Origin: Gemmatimonadales bacterium
GTDB lineage: Bacteria > Gemmatimonadota > Gemmatimonadetes > Gemmatimonadales > GWC2-71-9
Length of the DNA stretch: 64,000 nt
Reading direction: 5' to 3'
Assembly (NCBI GenBank): GCA_035280265.1
Contig: DATEGE010000031.1
Span: forward strand, 3,995 to 67,994
Shown one piece after another: positions 27,565 through 39,763 of this stretch. Position numbers and translations under genes: made by a program. The first letter of the stretch is position 1, and each line of letters begins with the position of its first letter. A model generated the notes under the pieces. It worked only from the letters and a program-made list of their open reading frames with translations, was not told the DNA's origin and did no database searches.

Positions 27565-28949
27565 AGCTTGTACGTCTCCTTGGCGAGGTCGTAGGCGAGC
27601 GCCCGCGCCATGCGGCGCGCGTCCTCCAGCATGATCACGTGTCGCGCGACGAGCCCCGCGAGATAGTTCGCATCCACCCGCCGCGCCAGGTCGTGGCGCG
27701 CGGGAATGGAGCAGAATGCTCGTGTGTCGTCGGTGAAGCCGGCGGTCTTGTAGATGCTCGCGGTCTCCGTCGTGCGCTGCCGGAACCGCATCATCCCCTC
27801 GAGCGAATCGTGGAACCACCACGGCGCGCCGAGCCGCACCGCGGGATAGTGACCGGCGAGCGGCGCCAGCTCGCGACTGTACGTCGACTCGTCGAGCGTG
27901 AACAGTACCACCGTGAACTGGGGATCGTTGCCGTAGGCGTTGAGCAGCGCCCGCAGATTGCGCGTGAACTCCGTGGCGACGGGAATGTCGCCGCCGCGAT
28001 CGGGCCCGAACCGCTCGAACAGCGGCGCGTTGTGGTTGCGGAACGCCCCCGCGTGGATCTGCATGACCAGGCCGTCCGCCAGCGACATCCGAGCCATCTC
28101 CATCAAGAGATGGCCCTCGAAGCGGCGTTCGTCCGCTGCCGTCACCTTCCGTTGGCGCGCGAGCTGAAACAGCGTCTCGGCCTCCTCCGGTCGTAGCGCG
28201 TTGGTGTACGGCTCGAGTACCGCGTGATCGGTGGCGCTGGCCCCCAGCTCCTTGAAGCAGACGCGCCGATCCTCCAGCGCCGCCACGAACTCGGCGTAGT
28301 CGACGAGGGGGGCGCCGTGCTCGCGTCCCAGCGCCTCGAGCTCCGCGGGCCACCCCGGAGCGGCGATCTTGAACAGGCCATCGGGGCGGAAGCTCGGGAT
28401 CACCCGACCCCGCCAGCCCGACTCGCGGATGGCGCGGTGATGCTCCAACCGGTCGCTCGGCTTGTCGGTCGTGGCGAGCACCTCGATCCCGAAGCGCTCG
28501 AACAGTGTGCGGGGCCGGAATTCGGGTGAACGTAGCCGCTCGGCGATGGTGTCGTAAGTGCGGGCGGCCGTCTCGCCGTTGAGCCGCTCACGGATCCCGA
28601 ACACTTCGTGGAGCTCGTAGTCGAGCCACGCCCCGGTCGGCGTGCCCTGGAACAGGTCGTAGTGATCGGCGAACAGGCGCCACGCCGTGCGCGGTTCGGC
28701 GTCGAGCAGCGACTCCAGCTTGACTCCGCGCGCGTACAGCAGCCGCAGGATGTAGTGGTCGGGAAGCACGATCAGGGACGTGGGCTCGGGAAAAGGCGCG
28801 TCTTCGGCGAGCACGCGGGCATCGACGTGGCCGTGCGGCGAGACGATCGCGAGCCGGCATGTCTCATCGTACAGCGTCCGCGCCACGCGCCGAACGCTCG
28901 GATCGGGATCGAAAAACCGGTCCTCGTGGAGGACGAGCCGGTCCGCCAC
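27555..28949 (-). CDS. uxaC: glucuronate/uronate isomerase
   Basis: IVSPHGH, PDHY, GAPWWFHDS, GFTDDTRAFCSIPARHDLARR; GTG start overlaps the upstream stop. Confidence 0.92.
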   Translation of the reverse strand: MADRLVLHEDRFFDPDPSVRRVARTLYDETCRLAIVSPHGHVDARVLAEDAPFPEPTSLIVLPDHYILRLLYARGVKLESLLDAEPRTAWRLFADHYDLFQGTPTGAWLDYELHEVFGIRERLNGETAARTYDTIAERLRSPEFRPRTLFERFGIEVLATTDKPSDRLEHHRAIRESGWRGRVIPSFRPDGLFKIAAPGWPAELEALGREHGAPLVDYAEFVAALEDRRVCFKELGASATDHAVLEPYTNALRPEEAETLFQLARQRKVTAADERRFEGHLLMEMARMSLADGLVMQIHAGAFRNHNAPLFERFGPDRGGDIPVATEFTRNLRALLNAYGNDPQFTVVLFTLDESTYSRELAPLAGHYPAVRLGAPWWFHDSLEGMMRFRQRTTETASIYKTAGFTDDTRAFCSIPARHDLARRVDANYLAGLVARHVIMLEDARRMARALAYDLAKETYKLWR

Positions 28950-30259
28950 TACACGACGGGCGTCCAGCCCGGGGCGTATTCGCGCTGCCACAGCTTCATC
29001 GCGCCTCCGTCATCCACGATGCGACCCGAGGCGGGATCGATCCGCAGCGCGCGCCCGGTGGCTTGCGCGATGTTGCCGAGGTGGCAGAGCAGTACGCTCT
29101 TCACCCCTTCGGCGATCGGCTGGCGGAGCGCGATACCGGTACGGATCGCGTCGACGAAGTTCGCGATGTGCAGGCCGGTCATGTCGTCGTCGGCGGTGGT
29201 GTTGAGGCCGTCGCCGGCCGTGGCCGCGAGCGACTGTTTCACCTGCTTGTCCTTGAGGTCATACACGGCATAGCCGTCGCGATCGAACACCACACTCCCC
29301 GTGGTCCCGAGAATCGCCGTGCCGCGCGGACGGCCGTAGGTCGTCAGGCCGTTGCAGCTCTGCCCTTGCCAGATGATCGTCGTGCGGTTCGGGAACTCGA
29401 AGCACGCCTCCTGCGTGTCGGGGAACTCCCAGTCGTCGTCGAAGTGATACCGTCCCCCCGTCGATGTGACGCGCACGCAGGTGTCCACGCCCAACGCCCA
29501 GCGGCACACGTCGATCTCGTGCGTGCCGTTGTTGCAGATCTCGCCCGTGCCCCAGCGCCGGAACCAATGCCAGTTATAGTGAATGACGTTGTCGCGGTAC
29601 GGCGTGCGGGGTGCGGGACCCTGCCACAGTTCGTAGTCGAGACGGGTCGGAACGGGCGCAGGCTTGCCGCGCCCGATCGTGCCGCGGGTGTTGTCGTACC
29701 ACGCGCGCGCCAGGTACGGGCGCCCGATGAGGCCCTCCCTGATGGCCTGCACGACCTCGATCGAGAGCGGCGCCGACCGCTGCTGGGTGCCCATCTGCAC
29801 CACCCGTTGATGCCGGCGTTGCGCCTCCACGAGCAGCTCGCCCTCGCGCGGATTGTGGCCGCACGGCTTCTCGAGGTACACGTGCTTCCCGGCCTGCATC
29901 GCGAGGATCGCCGCGGGCGCGTGCCAGTGGTCCGGGGCCGCGATCACGAGCGCGTCCACGGCTTTGTCCTCGAGCGCCCGCCGGAAATCCGCGAGCGCCT
30001 TCGGGGCCTTCCTTTGAACGTCGGTGACGGCCGTGGCCGCCTTCGCGAGCACCTGCGCGTCCACGTCGCAGACGTACGCCACGGTGGCGTTGGCGGTCCG
30101 TGCGAACGCGCGGGCCAGCACGGTGCCCCGCGAGTTCAACCCCATCACCGCCACCGCGACCGTTTCGTTGGGTGAGCCAAACCACGAGGCGAGACGCGGG
30201 GATGCCGCGAGACCGAGTCCCGCGGCAGAGGTGGTCTGCAAGAAATGACGACGCTTCAT
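28949..30259 (-). CDS. Gfo/Idh/MocA family oxidoreductase, Tat-exported
   Basis: MKRRHFLQ Tat motif, APDHWH, HVYLEKP, GEICNNGTHEID. Confidence 0.9.
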   Translation of the reverse strand: MKRRHFLQTTSAAGLGLAASPRLASWFGSPNETVAVAVMGLNSRGTVLARAFARTANATVAYVCDVDAQVLAKAATAVTDVQRKAPKALADFRRALEDKAVDALVIAAPDHWHAPAAILAMQAGKHVYLEKPCGHNPREGELLVEAQRRHQRVVQMGTQQRSAPLSIEVVQAIREGLIGRPYLARAWYDNTRGTIGRGKPAPVPTRLDYELWQGPAPRTPYRDNVIHYNWHWFRRWGTGEICNNGTHEIDVCRWALGVDTCVRVTSTGGRYHFDDDWEFPDTQEACFEFPNRTTIIWQGQSCNGLTTYGRPRGTAILGTTGSVVFDRDGYAVYDLKDKQVKQSLAATAGDGLNTTADDDMTGLHIANFVDAIRTGIALRQPIAEGVKSVLLCHLGNIAQATGRALRIDPASGRIVDDGGAMKLWQREYAPGWTPVV

Positions 30260-31035
30260 AGGGCACGCACCTTGATGTTGCGGAAGTAGACCTCATCACC
30301 ATGATCCTGGAGCACCAGATGGCCGCGTCGCCGCTCGCCGAACCACGGGATCGACCGAAACTTGCTCTTGGCGAGCGCCGAATCCATGGCGGGGCTGCCG
30401 AGGTCGAACTCGAGCAGCTTCTCGCCGTTGAGCCAGTGCTCTCCGTGTTTGCCGCGAAAGATCACCCTGGACTGGTTCCACTCGCCCACCGGATGCACGT
30501 GCGTGGGCCGGGTTGGCGCGATGAGATCGTACAGCGCCCCGGCGCGATGGCTCGGCAGCTTTCCGTCCACGTGCCGGTCGTCGTCGAGGATCTGATACTC
30601 GAATCCCAGCGCGGCGTGGTTCGGGGCGGTCTTGACCGACAGCTCCTCGGAGACGTTGTACTTGAGGCCGCTGTTGGCGCCCGGGGTGACCTTCCACTCC
30701 CACGTCGCCTCGAAGTCGCCGAAGGTGTCCACGGTCATCAAGTCGCCGCCGTTGAGCGGTTGGCCGTCCGGCAGCTTCGGGACGGCTCCGCTCGCGATCT
30801 TCTTGATGGTGCCGTTCACGACCACCCAATGCGCCGTGGGAACGGTGTCGTAGCCGAGCCCGCGCCACCCCGCGAGTGTGCGCCCGTCGAACAACAGGCG
30901 CCAGCCCGTGGCGCGCTCTGCGTCCGTCAGCGTGTTGGCGGCATCCGCCGGAGCGCGGGTCTGCGCGTATCCCGCCCCGCCGACCGCACACGCCACGAGC
31001 AACACGCCGATTGTTCCGCTCTTCCTGTCCATCAT
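30256..31035 (-). CDS. DUF1080 (3-keto-disaccharide hydrolase family) protein
   Basis: WRLLFDG, ANSGLKY, EYQILDD, GEWN, HWLNG, LQDHG..VYFRNIK; signal peptide. Confidence 0.9.
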   Translation of the reverse strand: MMDRKSGTIGVLLVACAVGGAGYAQTRAPADAANTLTDAERATGWRLLFDGRTLAGWRGLGYDTVPTAHWVVVNGTIKKIASGAVPKLPDGQPLNGGDLMTVDTFGDFEATWEWKVTPGANSGLKYNVSEELSVKTAPNHAALGFEYQILDDDRHVDGKLPSHRAGALYDLIAPTRPTHVHPVGEWNQSRVIFRGKHGEHWLNGEKLLEFDLGSPAMDSALAKSKFRSIPWFGERRRGHLVLQDHGDEVYFRNIKVRAL

Positions 31036-31108
31036 GGCCCCCCCTCCCCACGGTAACCGGGTTTGTCGTCCTTGGCGAGCGTCCGTCTTACCGTGCTAAG
31101 TTGTCTGC

Positions 31109-32035
31109 GTGACCACGCGCCGTGAATTCCTCCAGACCGCGAGTGCGATCCTCGCCGCTGGCCGGGCGCACCCGAACCGAGCCGGACGACTTCCGCTCGG
31201 CTTCTCGACCCTGGGTTGTCCCCAATGGGACTGGAGCCGCATCCTCGACTTCGCTGCCGCGCATGAGTTCGCCGCCGTCGAGCTGCGCGGGCTGCAGGCC
31301 AGCATGGACCTCACCGAGCGTCCGGAGTTCGAGCCGGCTCACATCGCCCAGACCAAACGGCAGCTCGCCGCGCACGCGCTCGTCGTGTCGTGTCTCGGCA
31401 GCTCGGCGAACATGCACGAGATGGATGAGGGCGTACGCGCCAAGCAGCTCGCCGAGGCACGCCGCTTCATCGATCTGGCCCAGGCGCTGGGCGCGCCGTA
31501 CGTGCGCGTGTTCGGCAACAAGTTCGTGGCGGGCGTTCCGCGCCAGAAGATGCTCGCCCACATCGCCGCCGGGCTGCACCAGCTCGGCGCCTACGCGCGG
31601 GGCAAAGGCGTCACCGTCCTGATCGAGTCGCACGGCGACTTCACCGACTCGCCGACCCTGCTCGAGATTCTCCACCTGGCTGACTCCCCCGCCGTGGGGC
31701 TGCTGTGGGACGCGCACCACACGTACGTCTCGGGCAAGGAGCAGCCGGAGGACACCATCCGGCAGGTCGGCGGCTACGTCCGACACACGCACCTGAAGGA
31801 CTCGGTGCCGGCGGGCGGCGATCGGCGCTACGTGCTCACGGGGACCGGCGACGTACCGGTGGAGCGTCAGGTCGCGGCGCTCGCCAAGACCGGGTACCGC
31901 GGCTGCTACAGCTTCGAGTGGGAGAAGCGCTGGCATCCGGAGATCGAGGAGCCTGAAGTCGCCTTCGCCCAGTTCGCGACCGTGGCCCGTGGCTACCTGG
32001 CCCGCGCGGGCGTGAGCGCGGCGCCGGCACGGTGA
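31109..32035 (+). CDS. xylose isomerase-like TIM barrel (sugar phosphate isomerase/epimerase family), Tat-exported
   Basis: TRREFLQ, FSTLGCP, IESHGDF, WDAHH, HTHLKDS, SFEWEK. Confidence 0.87.
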   Translation: MTTRREFLQTASAILAAGRAHPNRAGRLPLGFSTLGCPQWDWSRILDFAAAHEFAAVELRGLQASMDLTERPEFEPAHIAQTKRQLAAHALVVSCLGSSANMHEMDEGVRAKQLAEARRFIDLAQALGAPYVRVFGNKFVAGVPRQKMLAHIAAGLHQLGAYARGKGVTVLIESHGDFTDSPTLLEILHLADSPAVGLLWDAHHTYVSGKEQPEDTIRQVGGYVRHTHLKDSVPAGGDRRYVLTGTGDVPVERQVAALAKTGYRGCYSFEWEKRWHPEIEEPEVAFAQFATVARGYLARAGVSAAPAR

Positions 32036-32040
32036 CCCCC

Positions 32041-34188
32041 CTACGGCTGATCGAGCGCGAACGCCACGTACCGCGCCGGCGTCCTGGCTTTCGACTTCCC
32101 GCTGCTCGTCGCAATCACGACGAACTGGCGGCCGGCGACCTCGTAGACCGCGGGCGTCGCGTTCCCCGCAGCCGGGAGCGTCGTTTCCCATAGCAGGTCG
32201 CCCGTGGCCTTGTCGAACGCGCGGAACTTGTCGTCGTAGTTGGTCGCCCCAATGAACAACAAGCCGCCAGCCGTGACGACGGGACCGCCGTAGTTCTCGC
32301 AGCCGGTTCCCGCCGTCCCCTGAGCGGCGAGCGCGCGATATTCGCCTAGCGGCACCTTCCAAATGTACTTGCCGGTGTTCAGGTCGATCGCGCTGAGCGT
32401 ACCCCACGGTGGTTTCACCGCCGGATAGCCATCGGGGTCCAGAAACCGCTCGTACTGGACGTGGTATCGCTGCTCGGTCCACACCCCCTGTCTCCCTCTC
32501 CCCTTCGCTAAGCTCTGGGCAGGCTCTTCGGGAGCGGGGAAACCCACAGCGGGTGAGGACGTCACGTAGCGCTCGATCGCCCCGAGCGCATCCGCGCCCA
32601 GGCGCGCGAACCCCGGCATCCGCCCGCCACCGTCCGCGATGGCCGCCCGGATCTCAGGAATCGTGAGCCGGTTGGTCACGTCCACCACGGAAGGGATGGT
32701 GGGTGGCGACCCCGTGCGATCCTTCCCGTGACAGCCGGCGCATTCCCGCATGTACAGCTCGCGGCCGCCCGTCCCGGCCGTCACTGGTGCACGTTCCACG
32801 AGGCTGACGATCCACGGCATCTCGTTCGCGTTGACGTACAGCATCGCCGTTTCGGGGTCGAAAGCGGCGCCGCCCCATTCCGCGCCGCCGTCCAAGCCCG
32901 GAAACACGATGGTGCCCTGGAGACTCACCGGGATGAACTGGCCGCCGCTCCGCACCTTCCGGAAGCGCTCGAGCACGGCGCGGTGCGCCTCCGGCGTCCG
33001 GTCGGTGAGCATGTCTTCAGTCAGCTGCTGGCGCGCGAACGGTTCGGGCACGAGGGGCAGTGGCTGCGAGTCGGCGGTAACCTCGCCTTCTACGTCCGAC
33101 GATGGGTACTTCCGAAACTGGATCGGGAAGAGCGGCCGTCCGGTCTCGCGCTCGAACACGAACACGTGGCCGGACTTGGTGACCTGCGCGACTGCGTCGA
33201 TGCGGCGGCCGCCGCGACGCACGGTGACGAGATTGGGCGGCGCGGGGAGATCGCGATCCCAGGTGTCGTGCCGCACCACCTGGAAATGCCAGACGCGCTC
33301 GCCGGTCGCCGCGTTGAGAGCGATGAGCGCGTCGGCGTACAAGTCGTCGCCCACGCGATTGGCGCCGTAAAAGTCGTCTGCCGCGGAGCCCGTGGGCACG
33401 AACACGAGGCCGCGTTGCACGTCGAGCGACATCCCGGTCCAATTGTTCGCCGCGCCGGTGTAGGTCCACGCGTCCTTCGGCCACGTCTCGTACCCTGGCT
33501 CGCCGGGGTGGGGCACGGTATGGTACGTCCACCGCAACGCGCCCGTTCTGACGTCGTACGCGCGGATGTCACCAGGCGGCGTGGGGAGGGCCTCCGCCGT
33601 GCGGCTCCCGATGATGAGCAGGTCCTTGTAGACGATCCCGGGCGTGCCGAGATCGATCATCAGCTTCTCTCCCGCCCGGAGCCCGTCCCGCATGTCGACG
33701 CGCCCGCCGTCGCCGAAGCTCGCGAGCGGGCGCCCGGTCTTCGCGTCAAGGGCGTACAGGAACTGATGCACCCCGACGAAGATTCGCTCGTCTCCCCGAC
33801 CGTCGCTCCAATAGGTCACACCCCGAGTCCGACCGCCCCCTCCACGGACCGCACGCCCACGATACGGGTCGAAGCGCCACACCAGGGTGCCGGTAGCGGC
33901 GTTGAGGGCGACGACGTAGAGACTCACCGTCGTCGTATATAGAATGCCATTCACCACGATGGGATTGACTTCGAGCTCCGAGGTCTCGACGCCATCACTG
34001 GCGTCGAACGTCCACGCGACCTTCAGGTGCTTCACGTTCGCGCGGTTGATTTGGGTGAGCGACGAGTAACGAATGCTTTCCGGACCGCCGCCGTACACTG
34101 GCCATTCGACGGCCTGGTAGGGGAGTCCCCGGGGTGACGCGGCCAGCGTCCCCGCCGCGAGGGGCAGCACCCAGAACGGGAGTCGCAT
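32041..34188 (-). CDS. PQQ-dependent sugar dehydrogenase with inserted cytochrome c domain
   Basis: [41 protein letters not shown] heme motif, [16 protein letters not shown]. Confidence 0.87.
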   Translation of the reverse strand: MRLPFWVLPLAAGTLAASPRGLPYQAVEWPVYGGGPESIRYSSLTQINRANVKHLKVAWTFDASDGVETSELEVNPIVVNGILYTTTVSLYVVALNAATGTLVWRFDPYRGRAVRGGGGRTRGVTYWSDGRGDERIFVGVHQFLYALDAKTGRPLASFGDGGRVDMRDGLRAGEKLMIDLGTPGIVYKDLLIIGSRTAEALPTPPGDIRAYDVRTGALRWTYHTVPHPGEPGYETWPKDAWTYTGAANNWTGMSLDVQRGLVFVPTGSAADDFYGANRVGDDLYADALIALNAATGERVWHFQVVRHDTWDRDLPAPPNLVTVRRGGRRIDAVAQVTKSGHVFVFERETGRPLFPIQFRKYPSSDVEGEVTADSQPLPLVPEPFARQQLTEDMLTDRTPEAHRAVLERFRKVRSGGQFIPVSLQGTIVFPGLDGGAEWGGAAFDPETAMLYVNANEMPWIVSLVERAPVTAGTGGRELYMRECAGCHGKDRTGSPPTIPSVVDVTNRLTIPEIRAAIADGGGRMPGFARLGADALGAIERYVTSSPAVGFPAPEEPAQSLAKGRGRQGVWTEQRYHVQYERFLDPDGYPAVKPPWGTLSAIDLNTGKYIWKVPLGEYRALAAQGTAGTGCENYGGPVVTAGGLLFIGATNYDDKFRAFDKATGDLLWETTLPAAGNATPAVYEVAGRQFVVIATSSGKSKARTPARYVAFALDQP
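32493..32540. repeat. REP-like palindrome inserted in frame
   Basis: TCCCTCTCCC ... GGGAGCGGGGA arms flanking CTTCGCTAAGCTCTGGGCAGGCTCTTC. Confidence 0.5.
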
Positions 34189-34192
34189 CAGG

Positions 34193-35896
34193 TCACAGGT
34201 TGCCGCGCTTCAACCCCTCCACCGCGTGTTCGCAGGCGCGCGCCGTCAGCGCCATGTAGGTGATCGATGGGTTCACGCACGACGAGCTGGCCATACAAGC
34301 GCCGTCCGTCACGAACAGGTTGGGCACGTCGTGCGCCTGGTTGTGCGCATTGAGCACGGATGTCTGGGGGTCGAGCCCCATGCGTGCGGTGCCCATCTCG
34401 TGGATCGCGAACCCGGGCTCCGCGCCCAGCTGGTCGCCGCCCTTGTAGGCATCGTACGTGTGGACGTCCTTGCACCCCGCCGCCTCGAGCATCTCCGCGG
34501 CCGATGCGGCCATGTCCTTGCGCATCGCCAGCTCGTTATCGCCCCACGTACAATGGATCTTCAGCAACGGGATGCCGAAGTCGTCGGTCTTATCGTCGAG
34601 CGTGACGTAATTGTCCTGGCGCGGGAGGCACTCGCCGAACCCGGTGATGCCCATCGACCAGCCGCCGGGATCGTGCAGCCGCCGTTTCAGCTCCACCCCC
34701 AACCCGCGTCCGCTGCCCCCGCGCCCCCAACCCTGGCGGCTGGCTCCACCCTGGTAGCCGAACCCCCGCACGTACTCCCGGCGCGACGCCTCGTCCCCCA
34801 GGTTGCGGAACCGCGGGATGTAGATGCCGTTCGGGCGATTGCCTTGGTAGTAGTGCTCGAGCAGCCCGTCGATCTCTCCCCTCGCGCCAGCCAGGAAATG
34901 ATGGTCCATCAAATACCGCCCCAACACACCGCTCGAGTTGCCGAGGCCGTTCGGGAATCGCGGCGACGTCGAGTTGAGCAGGATTCGCGTGGTCGCGAGC
35001 GTGGACGCGCACAGGAACACCATACGCGCCTGGTACTCGCGGGTCGCCTTCGTGACGGTGTCCAGGACTCTGACGCCAGTGACGCGGTTCTTGTTCGCGT
35101 CATACAGCACCGAATGCACCACACTGTTCGGCAGCAGGGTGAGCCGTCCGGTGGCGCGCGCCGCGGGCAACGTGGACGACTGGCTCGAGAAATACGAACC
35201 CGTGGAGCAGCCGCGCTCGCACGGCCCGCAGTAGTGGCAGGGGAGCCGGCCGTTCACGGGCTGCGTGAGGATCGCCACCCGCCCGATGGTCACATGGCGG
35301 CCGGGAAACGCCTTCTCGATCCCGGCCTTCACGAGCACCTCGCCCGCGTTCATCTCCATGGGAGGCTGGAACTCGCCGTCGGGCAGCTGTGGCAGTCCCA
35401 ACCGTTCTCCGCTCACACCGATGAACCGCTCCACGTAGCTGTACCATGGCGCGATGTCGGCGTAGCGGATCGGCCAGTCCACGCCGTGGCCGTCGCGCAG
35501 GTTCGCCTCGAAGTCCAGGTCGCTCCACCGGTACACCTGCCGTCCCCAGATCAACGACTTGCCGCCCACCTGGTCGCCCTGGATCCAGGTGAACGGCTTG
35601 TCCTCGACGTAGGGGCTTCTCGCGTCCTTCATGAAGAAGTGCTTGTTCGATTCGCGGAATTGCCCGGTACGGGCCTGGACGGGGTACTCTTCAGCCCCCT
35701 TGGTGCCCACGCTGAGCCGGGCGTCGTGCAGCGGGAGCTCCCAGCTCGGCTTGTGCTCGGTGACGTAATCCTTGCGGTGCTCCACCTGGCGGCCGCGTTC
35801 GACGACCAGCGTGCGGAGGCCTTTCTCGGTCAGCTCCTTTGCCGCCCACCCTCCGCTGATGCCGGACCCGACGACGATGGCGTCGTAGGTGATCAT
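34193..35896 (-). CDS. GMC family flavoprotein (glycoside 3-dehydrogenase catalytic subunit-like)
   Basis: [38 protein letters not shown] Fe-S motif, [23 protein letters not shown]. Confidence 0.9.
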   Translation of the reverse strand: MITYDAIVVGSGISGGWAAKELTEKGLRTLVVERGRQVEHRKDYVTEHKPSWELPLHDARLSVGTKGAEEYPVQARTGQFRESNKHFFMKDARSPYVEDKPFTWIQGDQVGGKSLIWGRQVYRWSDLDFEANLRDGHGVDWPIRYADIAPWYSYVERFIGVSGERLGLPQLPDGEFQPPMEMNAGEVLVKAGIEKAFPGRHVTIGRVAILTQPVNGRLPCHYCGPCERGCSTGSYFSSQSSTLPAARATGRLTLLPNSVVHSVLYDANKNRVTGVRVLDTVTKATREYQARMVFLCASTLATTRILLNSTSPRFPNGLGNSSGVLGRYLMDHHFLAGARGEIDGLLEHYYQGNRPNGIYIPRFRNLGDEASRREYVRGFGYQGGASRQGWGRGGSGRGLGVELKRRLHDPGGWSMGITGFGECLPRQDNYVTLDDKTDDFGIPLLKIHCTWGDNELAMRKDMAASAAEMLEAAGCKDVHTYDAYKGGDQLGAEPGFAIHEMGTARMGLDPQTSVLNAHNQAHDVPNLFVTDGACMASSSCVNPSITYMALTARACEHAVEGLKRGNL

Positions 35897-36489
35897 GCCC
35901 AGGCCTTCCCCACCGAGCTGTACGGAATGTCGCCGCGGTACGCGCCGAACGGCGTGAGGTGCAGCTCCTGGGTGGCGCCGACCTGCGATGTGTAGTAGCC
36001 GACCAGCGTCAGCTCTTTGAGTCGGCGGAAGAACCAGCTGTCGGGTGTCGCCTCGCCCCCGCCCTCCGGGTACGCGGCCTCATCCATCTCGGTGAGCAGC
36101 GCCACCCGCTGCTCTGGCGTGCACTCGACGAACGCTTTGTCGTACCGAGACCGCGATCGCGCATCGACGTCCGCCAGGCTGGCAAGGAAGCGATCGCGCT
36201 CGGAGGCCGGGTAGTGATCGCTGAGTAGAGTGTCGGTAAAGCGATGCACGCCGGCGCTCCGGGCGCCCGGCGTCTCGGTTTCGGGAATGATGTGGTCGGC
36301 CATCACGGCGACGAGCTCGAGCTGGGTGGGGCTCAGGGCCCGCGGCGCCCATCCTTGGGCGATGGTCCACCTGCCGTGCGTGGCCGCGTCGAGCACGCCC
36401 GCGAGCGTGGGGGCCGAGATCGCGCCACCGAGCAGCAGCGCGACCCTGCCGAGCGCTTCGCGTCGAGTGATCTGGTCAGCACGCTCCAT
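35893..36489 (-). CDS. gluconate 2-dehydrogenase subunit 3 family (Tat partner of the GMC)
   Basis: ITRREAL Tat motif, IIPETETPGA, LTLVGYYTS. Confidence 0.88.
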   Translation of the reverse strand: MERADQITRREALGRVALLLGGAISAPTLAGVLDAATHGRWTIAQGWAPRALSPTQLELVAVMADHIIPETETPGARSAGVHRFTDTLLSDHYPASERDRFLASLADVDARSRSRYDKAFVECTPEQRVALLTEMDEAAYPEGGGEATPDSWFFRRLKELTLVGYYTSQVGATQELHLTPFGAYRGDIPYSSVGKAWA

Positions 36490-36495
36490 CGGGCC

Positions 36496-37725
36496 TCACA
36501 TGCTGTCGGGAGGGAGTTCGGCGACGATCGCCGGTTGGAGCCGGGGCGCCAGAAGATGAATGATACACCAGGCGGAGATGTAGGCGAGCCCGCATACGAT
36601 GAAGATCGGTGTGTAGTCGCTGCCGTTGGCTTCGAGAATACGGCCCGTCGCCCGCTGGAACAACCAGCCTCCCATCGCGCCCGCGAACGCCCCGATGCCG
36701 ACCACCGAGCCTACCGCGGCCCGTGGAAACATGTCGCTCGCCAGCGTATACACATTCGCCGACCAGGCCTGATGCGCCGCCGCAGCAACGCTCACGATCG
36801 CCACGGCGGTCCACACGCTGCCCGCCAACGGTGCGAGGGCGGTGGGCACGATCAGGCACGCCATGACGAGCAGCGCCGTCTTGCGCGCCCGGTTGACGGT
36901 CCAGCCACGCTTGATCAGGCTGCTGGAGAGCCATCCGCCGGTCACCGATCCGACGTCGGCCACGAGGTAGACGACGATGAGGGGCCGGGCCAGCTGCGTG
37001 AGGTGGATGCCGTATTTCGTATCCAGGAATTTCGGGAGCCAGTACAGATAGAACCACCAGATCGGGTCGGCCATCAGCTTCCCGACCGCGAATGCCCACG
37101 TCTGCCGATACCCGAGTAATTGGATCCACGGCACCGCGACCGTCGCCACTTCGGCCTGACGCGTGTCCGGATCTCGGTACAGCACGAGCCACAGCCCTAG
37201 CCACGCAAAGCCGAGTGCTCCCGTGGCGATGAACGCCCACGGCCAGCCCCACCGTAGGGCGATCCATGGCACGAGCAACGGCGCGACGATGGCTCCGGTG
37301 TTGGTGCCGGCGTTGAAGATGCCGGTGGCGAGGGCCCGCTCGCGCGGCGGGAACCACTCGGCCACCGCTTTGATGGCGCCGGGGAAGTTGGCGGACTCGC
37401 CGAGGCCGAGCAGCGCGCGGGCGGCGGAGAAACCGGCCGCGGTGCGCGCGAGCGCATGGCCGATCGCCGCGACGCTCCACACCACGATCGCGACCGCGAA
37501 GCCGCGCCGCACGCCGATGCGGTCGAGCCAGCGCCCGACGGCGAGGAACCCGAAGGCGTAGACCAGGGTGAACCACGAGACCACGCTGCCGTATTGCGAC
37601 TCCGACCAATGCAACTCCCGCTGCAACGTCGGCGCGAGGATGCTCAGGACTTGGCGATCGATGTAGTTGATCGTCGTCACGACGAACAACAGCGCACACA
37701 CCGTCCAGCGGTACCGCCCCGTCAC
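36496..37725 (-). CDS. exuT: MFS transporter, hexuronate (ExuT-like)
   Basis: [50 protein letters not shown]; located in a uronate operon. Confidence 0.75.
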   Translation of the reverse strand: MTGRYRWTVCALLFVVTTINYIDRQVLSILAPTLQRELHWSESQYGSVVSWFTLVYAFGFLAVGRWLDRIGVRRGFAVAIVVWSVAAIGHALARTAAGFSAARALLGLGESANFPGAIKAVAEWFPPRERALATGIFNAGTNTGAIVAPLLVPWIALRWGWPWAFIATGALGFAWLGLWLVLYRDPDTRQAEVATVAVPWIQLLGYRQTWAFAVGKLMADPIWWFYLYWLPKFLDTKYGIHLTQLARPLIVVYLVADVGSVTGGWLSSSLIKRGWTVNRARKTALLVMACLIVPTALAPLAGSVWTAVAIVSVAAAAHQAWSANVYTLASDMFPRAAVGSVVGIGAFAGAMGGWLFQRATGRILEANGSDYTPIFIVCGLAYISAWCIIHLLAPRLQPAIVAELPPDSM

Positions 37726-38762
37726 GCGTCACTGCGGGCCATAGCTTCCCATAGCCCCTGCAAGTACATCACGCCAAGGGCGCGATCGTACAGGCCGTAT
37801 CCGGGGCGTCCGGTCTCACCCCAGATCATACGGCCGTGGTCCGGACGCATCGGGCCCGCAAAGCCCACGTCCTGGAGCGCGCGCAGCACGCTCCACAGGT
37901 CCACGCTCCCGCAAGCCGACGGATGTGCCGTCTCGTGGAACGATCGCGGGCCCGTGAGGCGGACGTTGCGGCAATGGGCGAAGTGGATCCGGTTGCCGAG
38001 GCGGCGCACCATGCTCGGCAAGTCGTTGTCGGGGTTGGCGCCGAGCGAGCCGGTGCAGAACGTCACGCCGTTGGCGGGGTGGTCCACGAGGGCCGTGAGC
38101 CGGTCGAGCGCGGCGGCATTGGTGATGATGCGGGGCAGCCCGAAGATCGGCCACGGCGGGTCGTCCGGGTGGATCGCCATCCGCACGCCCGCTTGCGCCG
38201 CTACCGGCACGACCCGCTCGAGGAAGTACGCGAGGTTCGCCCACAGGCGCTCCGCGTCCACGTCGCGGTACGCCGCGAGCAGCGCCCCCACCTCCTCGGC
38301 CCGGTATGCGGTGGCCCACCCGGGGAGCTGTCCCGTCCCGCGCGACAGATCGATCGCGGCGAGTGCGCGGTCATCGTACGCCAGCGCCGTCGAGCCGTCG
38401 GGCAATCGGTGCAGGAGGTCGGTGCGCGTCCAGTCGAACACCGGCATGAAGTTGTAGCACAACACCGGCACACCGAGCTCGCCGATGCGCTGCACGCTGG
38501 CGCAATAGCCGTCGATGAGCCGGTCCCGGGTCGGTCGGCCCAGCTTGATGTCTTCGTGGACGGGGACGCTCTCGACCACGGCGAAGTGGAGCCCGGCGTC
38601 TTCGATCTCCGCCTTCAGCGTGCGGAGCCGGTCGCGCCCCCAGGCCTCACCGACGGGGATTTCGTATAGGGCCGTGACGACGCCGGTCACACCGGGGATC
38701 TGGCGGATGTGCGAGAGCGAGACGGCGTCGGCGGGGCCGAACCAGCGAAAGCTCGGGATCAC
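37722..38762 (-). CDS. uxuA: mannonate dehydratase
   Basis: [52 protein letters not shown]. Confidence 0.93.
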   Translation of the reverse strand: MIPSFRWFGPADAVSLSHIRQIPGVTGVVTALYEIPVGEAWGRDRLRTLKAEIEDAGLHFAVVESVPVHEDIKLGRPTRDRLIDGYCASVQRIGELGVPVLCYNFMPVFDWTRTDLLHRLPDGSTALAYDDRALAAIDLSRGTGQLPGWATAYRAEEVGALLAAYRDVDAERLWANLAYFLERVVPVAAQAGVRMAIHPDDPPWPIFGLPRIITNAAALDRLTALVDHPANGVTFCTGSLGANPDNDLPSMVRRLGNRIHFAHCRNVRLTGPRSFHETAHPSACGSVDLWSVLRALQDVGFAGPMRPDHGRMIWGETGRPGYGLYDRALGVMYLQGLWEAMARSDA

Positions 38763-39763
38763 GCCTGCAGTCGCGCCTCGACGTCGCGCGCGCTGGCGCG
38801 GCTGAAGTCCCCGGGCACGGTCAGCTTCAACGCGCTCGCGGCCACCGCGAACTCGAGCGCGCGAGCCGGCGTCTCCCGCGCGAGCAGCTGAGCGATGAGC
38901 GCTGCGGCAAAGCTGTCGCCACCGCCCACGCGGTCGACGACCTGCACATCGTGGCGCCGGCTCTGGGCAAAGGCACGCTCGCCGGTGTCATACAGCATCG
39001 CGCTCCAGCCGTGCTCGCGCGGCCCGAAGATCTCACGCCGGGTGAGCGCCACGCGCCGGGCGCCCACGCGCTGCGCGACCTCCTCGGCCAGCTCCCGAGC
39101 CGCTGCCGCGGTCGCGAGTGGATCGCCCTCGGCGTGAACGGCGAGCATCGCGCGCAGCGCCGCGACATTGCCGATCAGCACCGCCACTCCCCGGAGTAGC
39201 GGTTCGATGACGTGCCGCGGGTCCCGGCCCCGCCACAACGCCTCGCGATAGTTCAGGTCGAAGCTCACGGGCGTGCCCTGGGCGTGCGCGCACGCGAGGG
39301 CGGCGGCAAGGGCCGCGGCCGGTCCCGCCCCCAGCGCGGGCGTGATCCCCGACGCATGGAACCACACGGCCCCCGCCAGGATGCGGCCCCAATCCAGGTC
39401 ACTCGGCTCGACACGCGCGAACGCCGAGCCGGCGCGGTCGTATACCACCTGCATGTCGCGCAGATCGGCGGTTGGCTCGACGAAGTAGATCCCGAGGCGG
39501 TCGCCGCGTTCGGCCCGCACGATCCACTCGGTCCCGACGCCCTCCCGCTTGAGCGCCGCGATCCCCGCCTCGCCGATGGGGTTGTCCGGGACGCGCGTGA
39601 CGTAATCACACCGCACCCCGAAATGGCTGAGCGCGACCGCCACGTTCGCCTCCGCCCCACCGAAGTAGCTCACGAGCTGGCCCGACGCGAACAGGCGCTC
39701 CTCGCCGGGCGGGCTGAGCCGCAGCAGCAGCTCACCGAAGGTCACGACCCTCGCGTCGCTCAC
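38759..39763 (-). CDS. kdgK: 2-keto-3-deoxygluconate kinase (PfkB family)
   Basis: [37 protein letters not shown]; GTG start overlaps the eda stop. Confidence 0.85.
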   Translation of the reverse strand: MSDARVVTFGELLLRLSPPGEERLFASGQLVSYFGGAEANVAVALSHFGVRCDYVTRVPDNPIGEAGIAALKREGVGTEWIVRAERGDRLGIYFVEPTADLRDMQVVYDRAGSAFARVEPSDLDWGRILAGAVWFHASGITPALGAGPAAALAAALACAHAQGTPVSFDLNYREALWRGRDPRHVIEPLLRGVAVLIGNVAALRAMLAVHAEGDPLATAAAARELAEEVAQRVGARRVALTRREIFGPREHGWSAMLYDTGERAFAQSRRHDVQVVDRVGGGDSFAAALIAQLLARETPARALEFAVAASALKLTVPGDFSRASARDVEARLQA

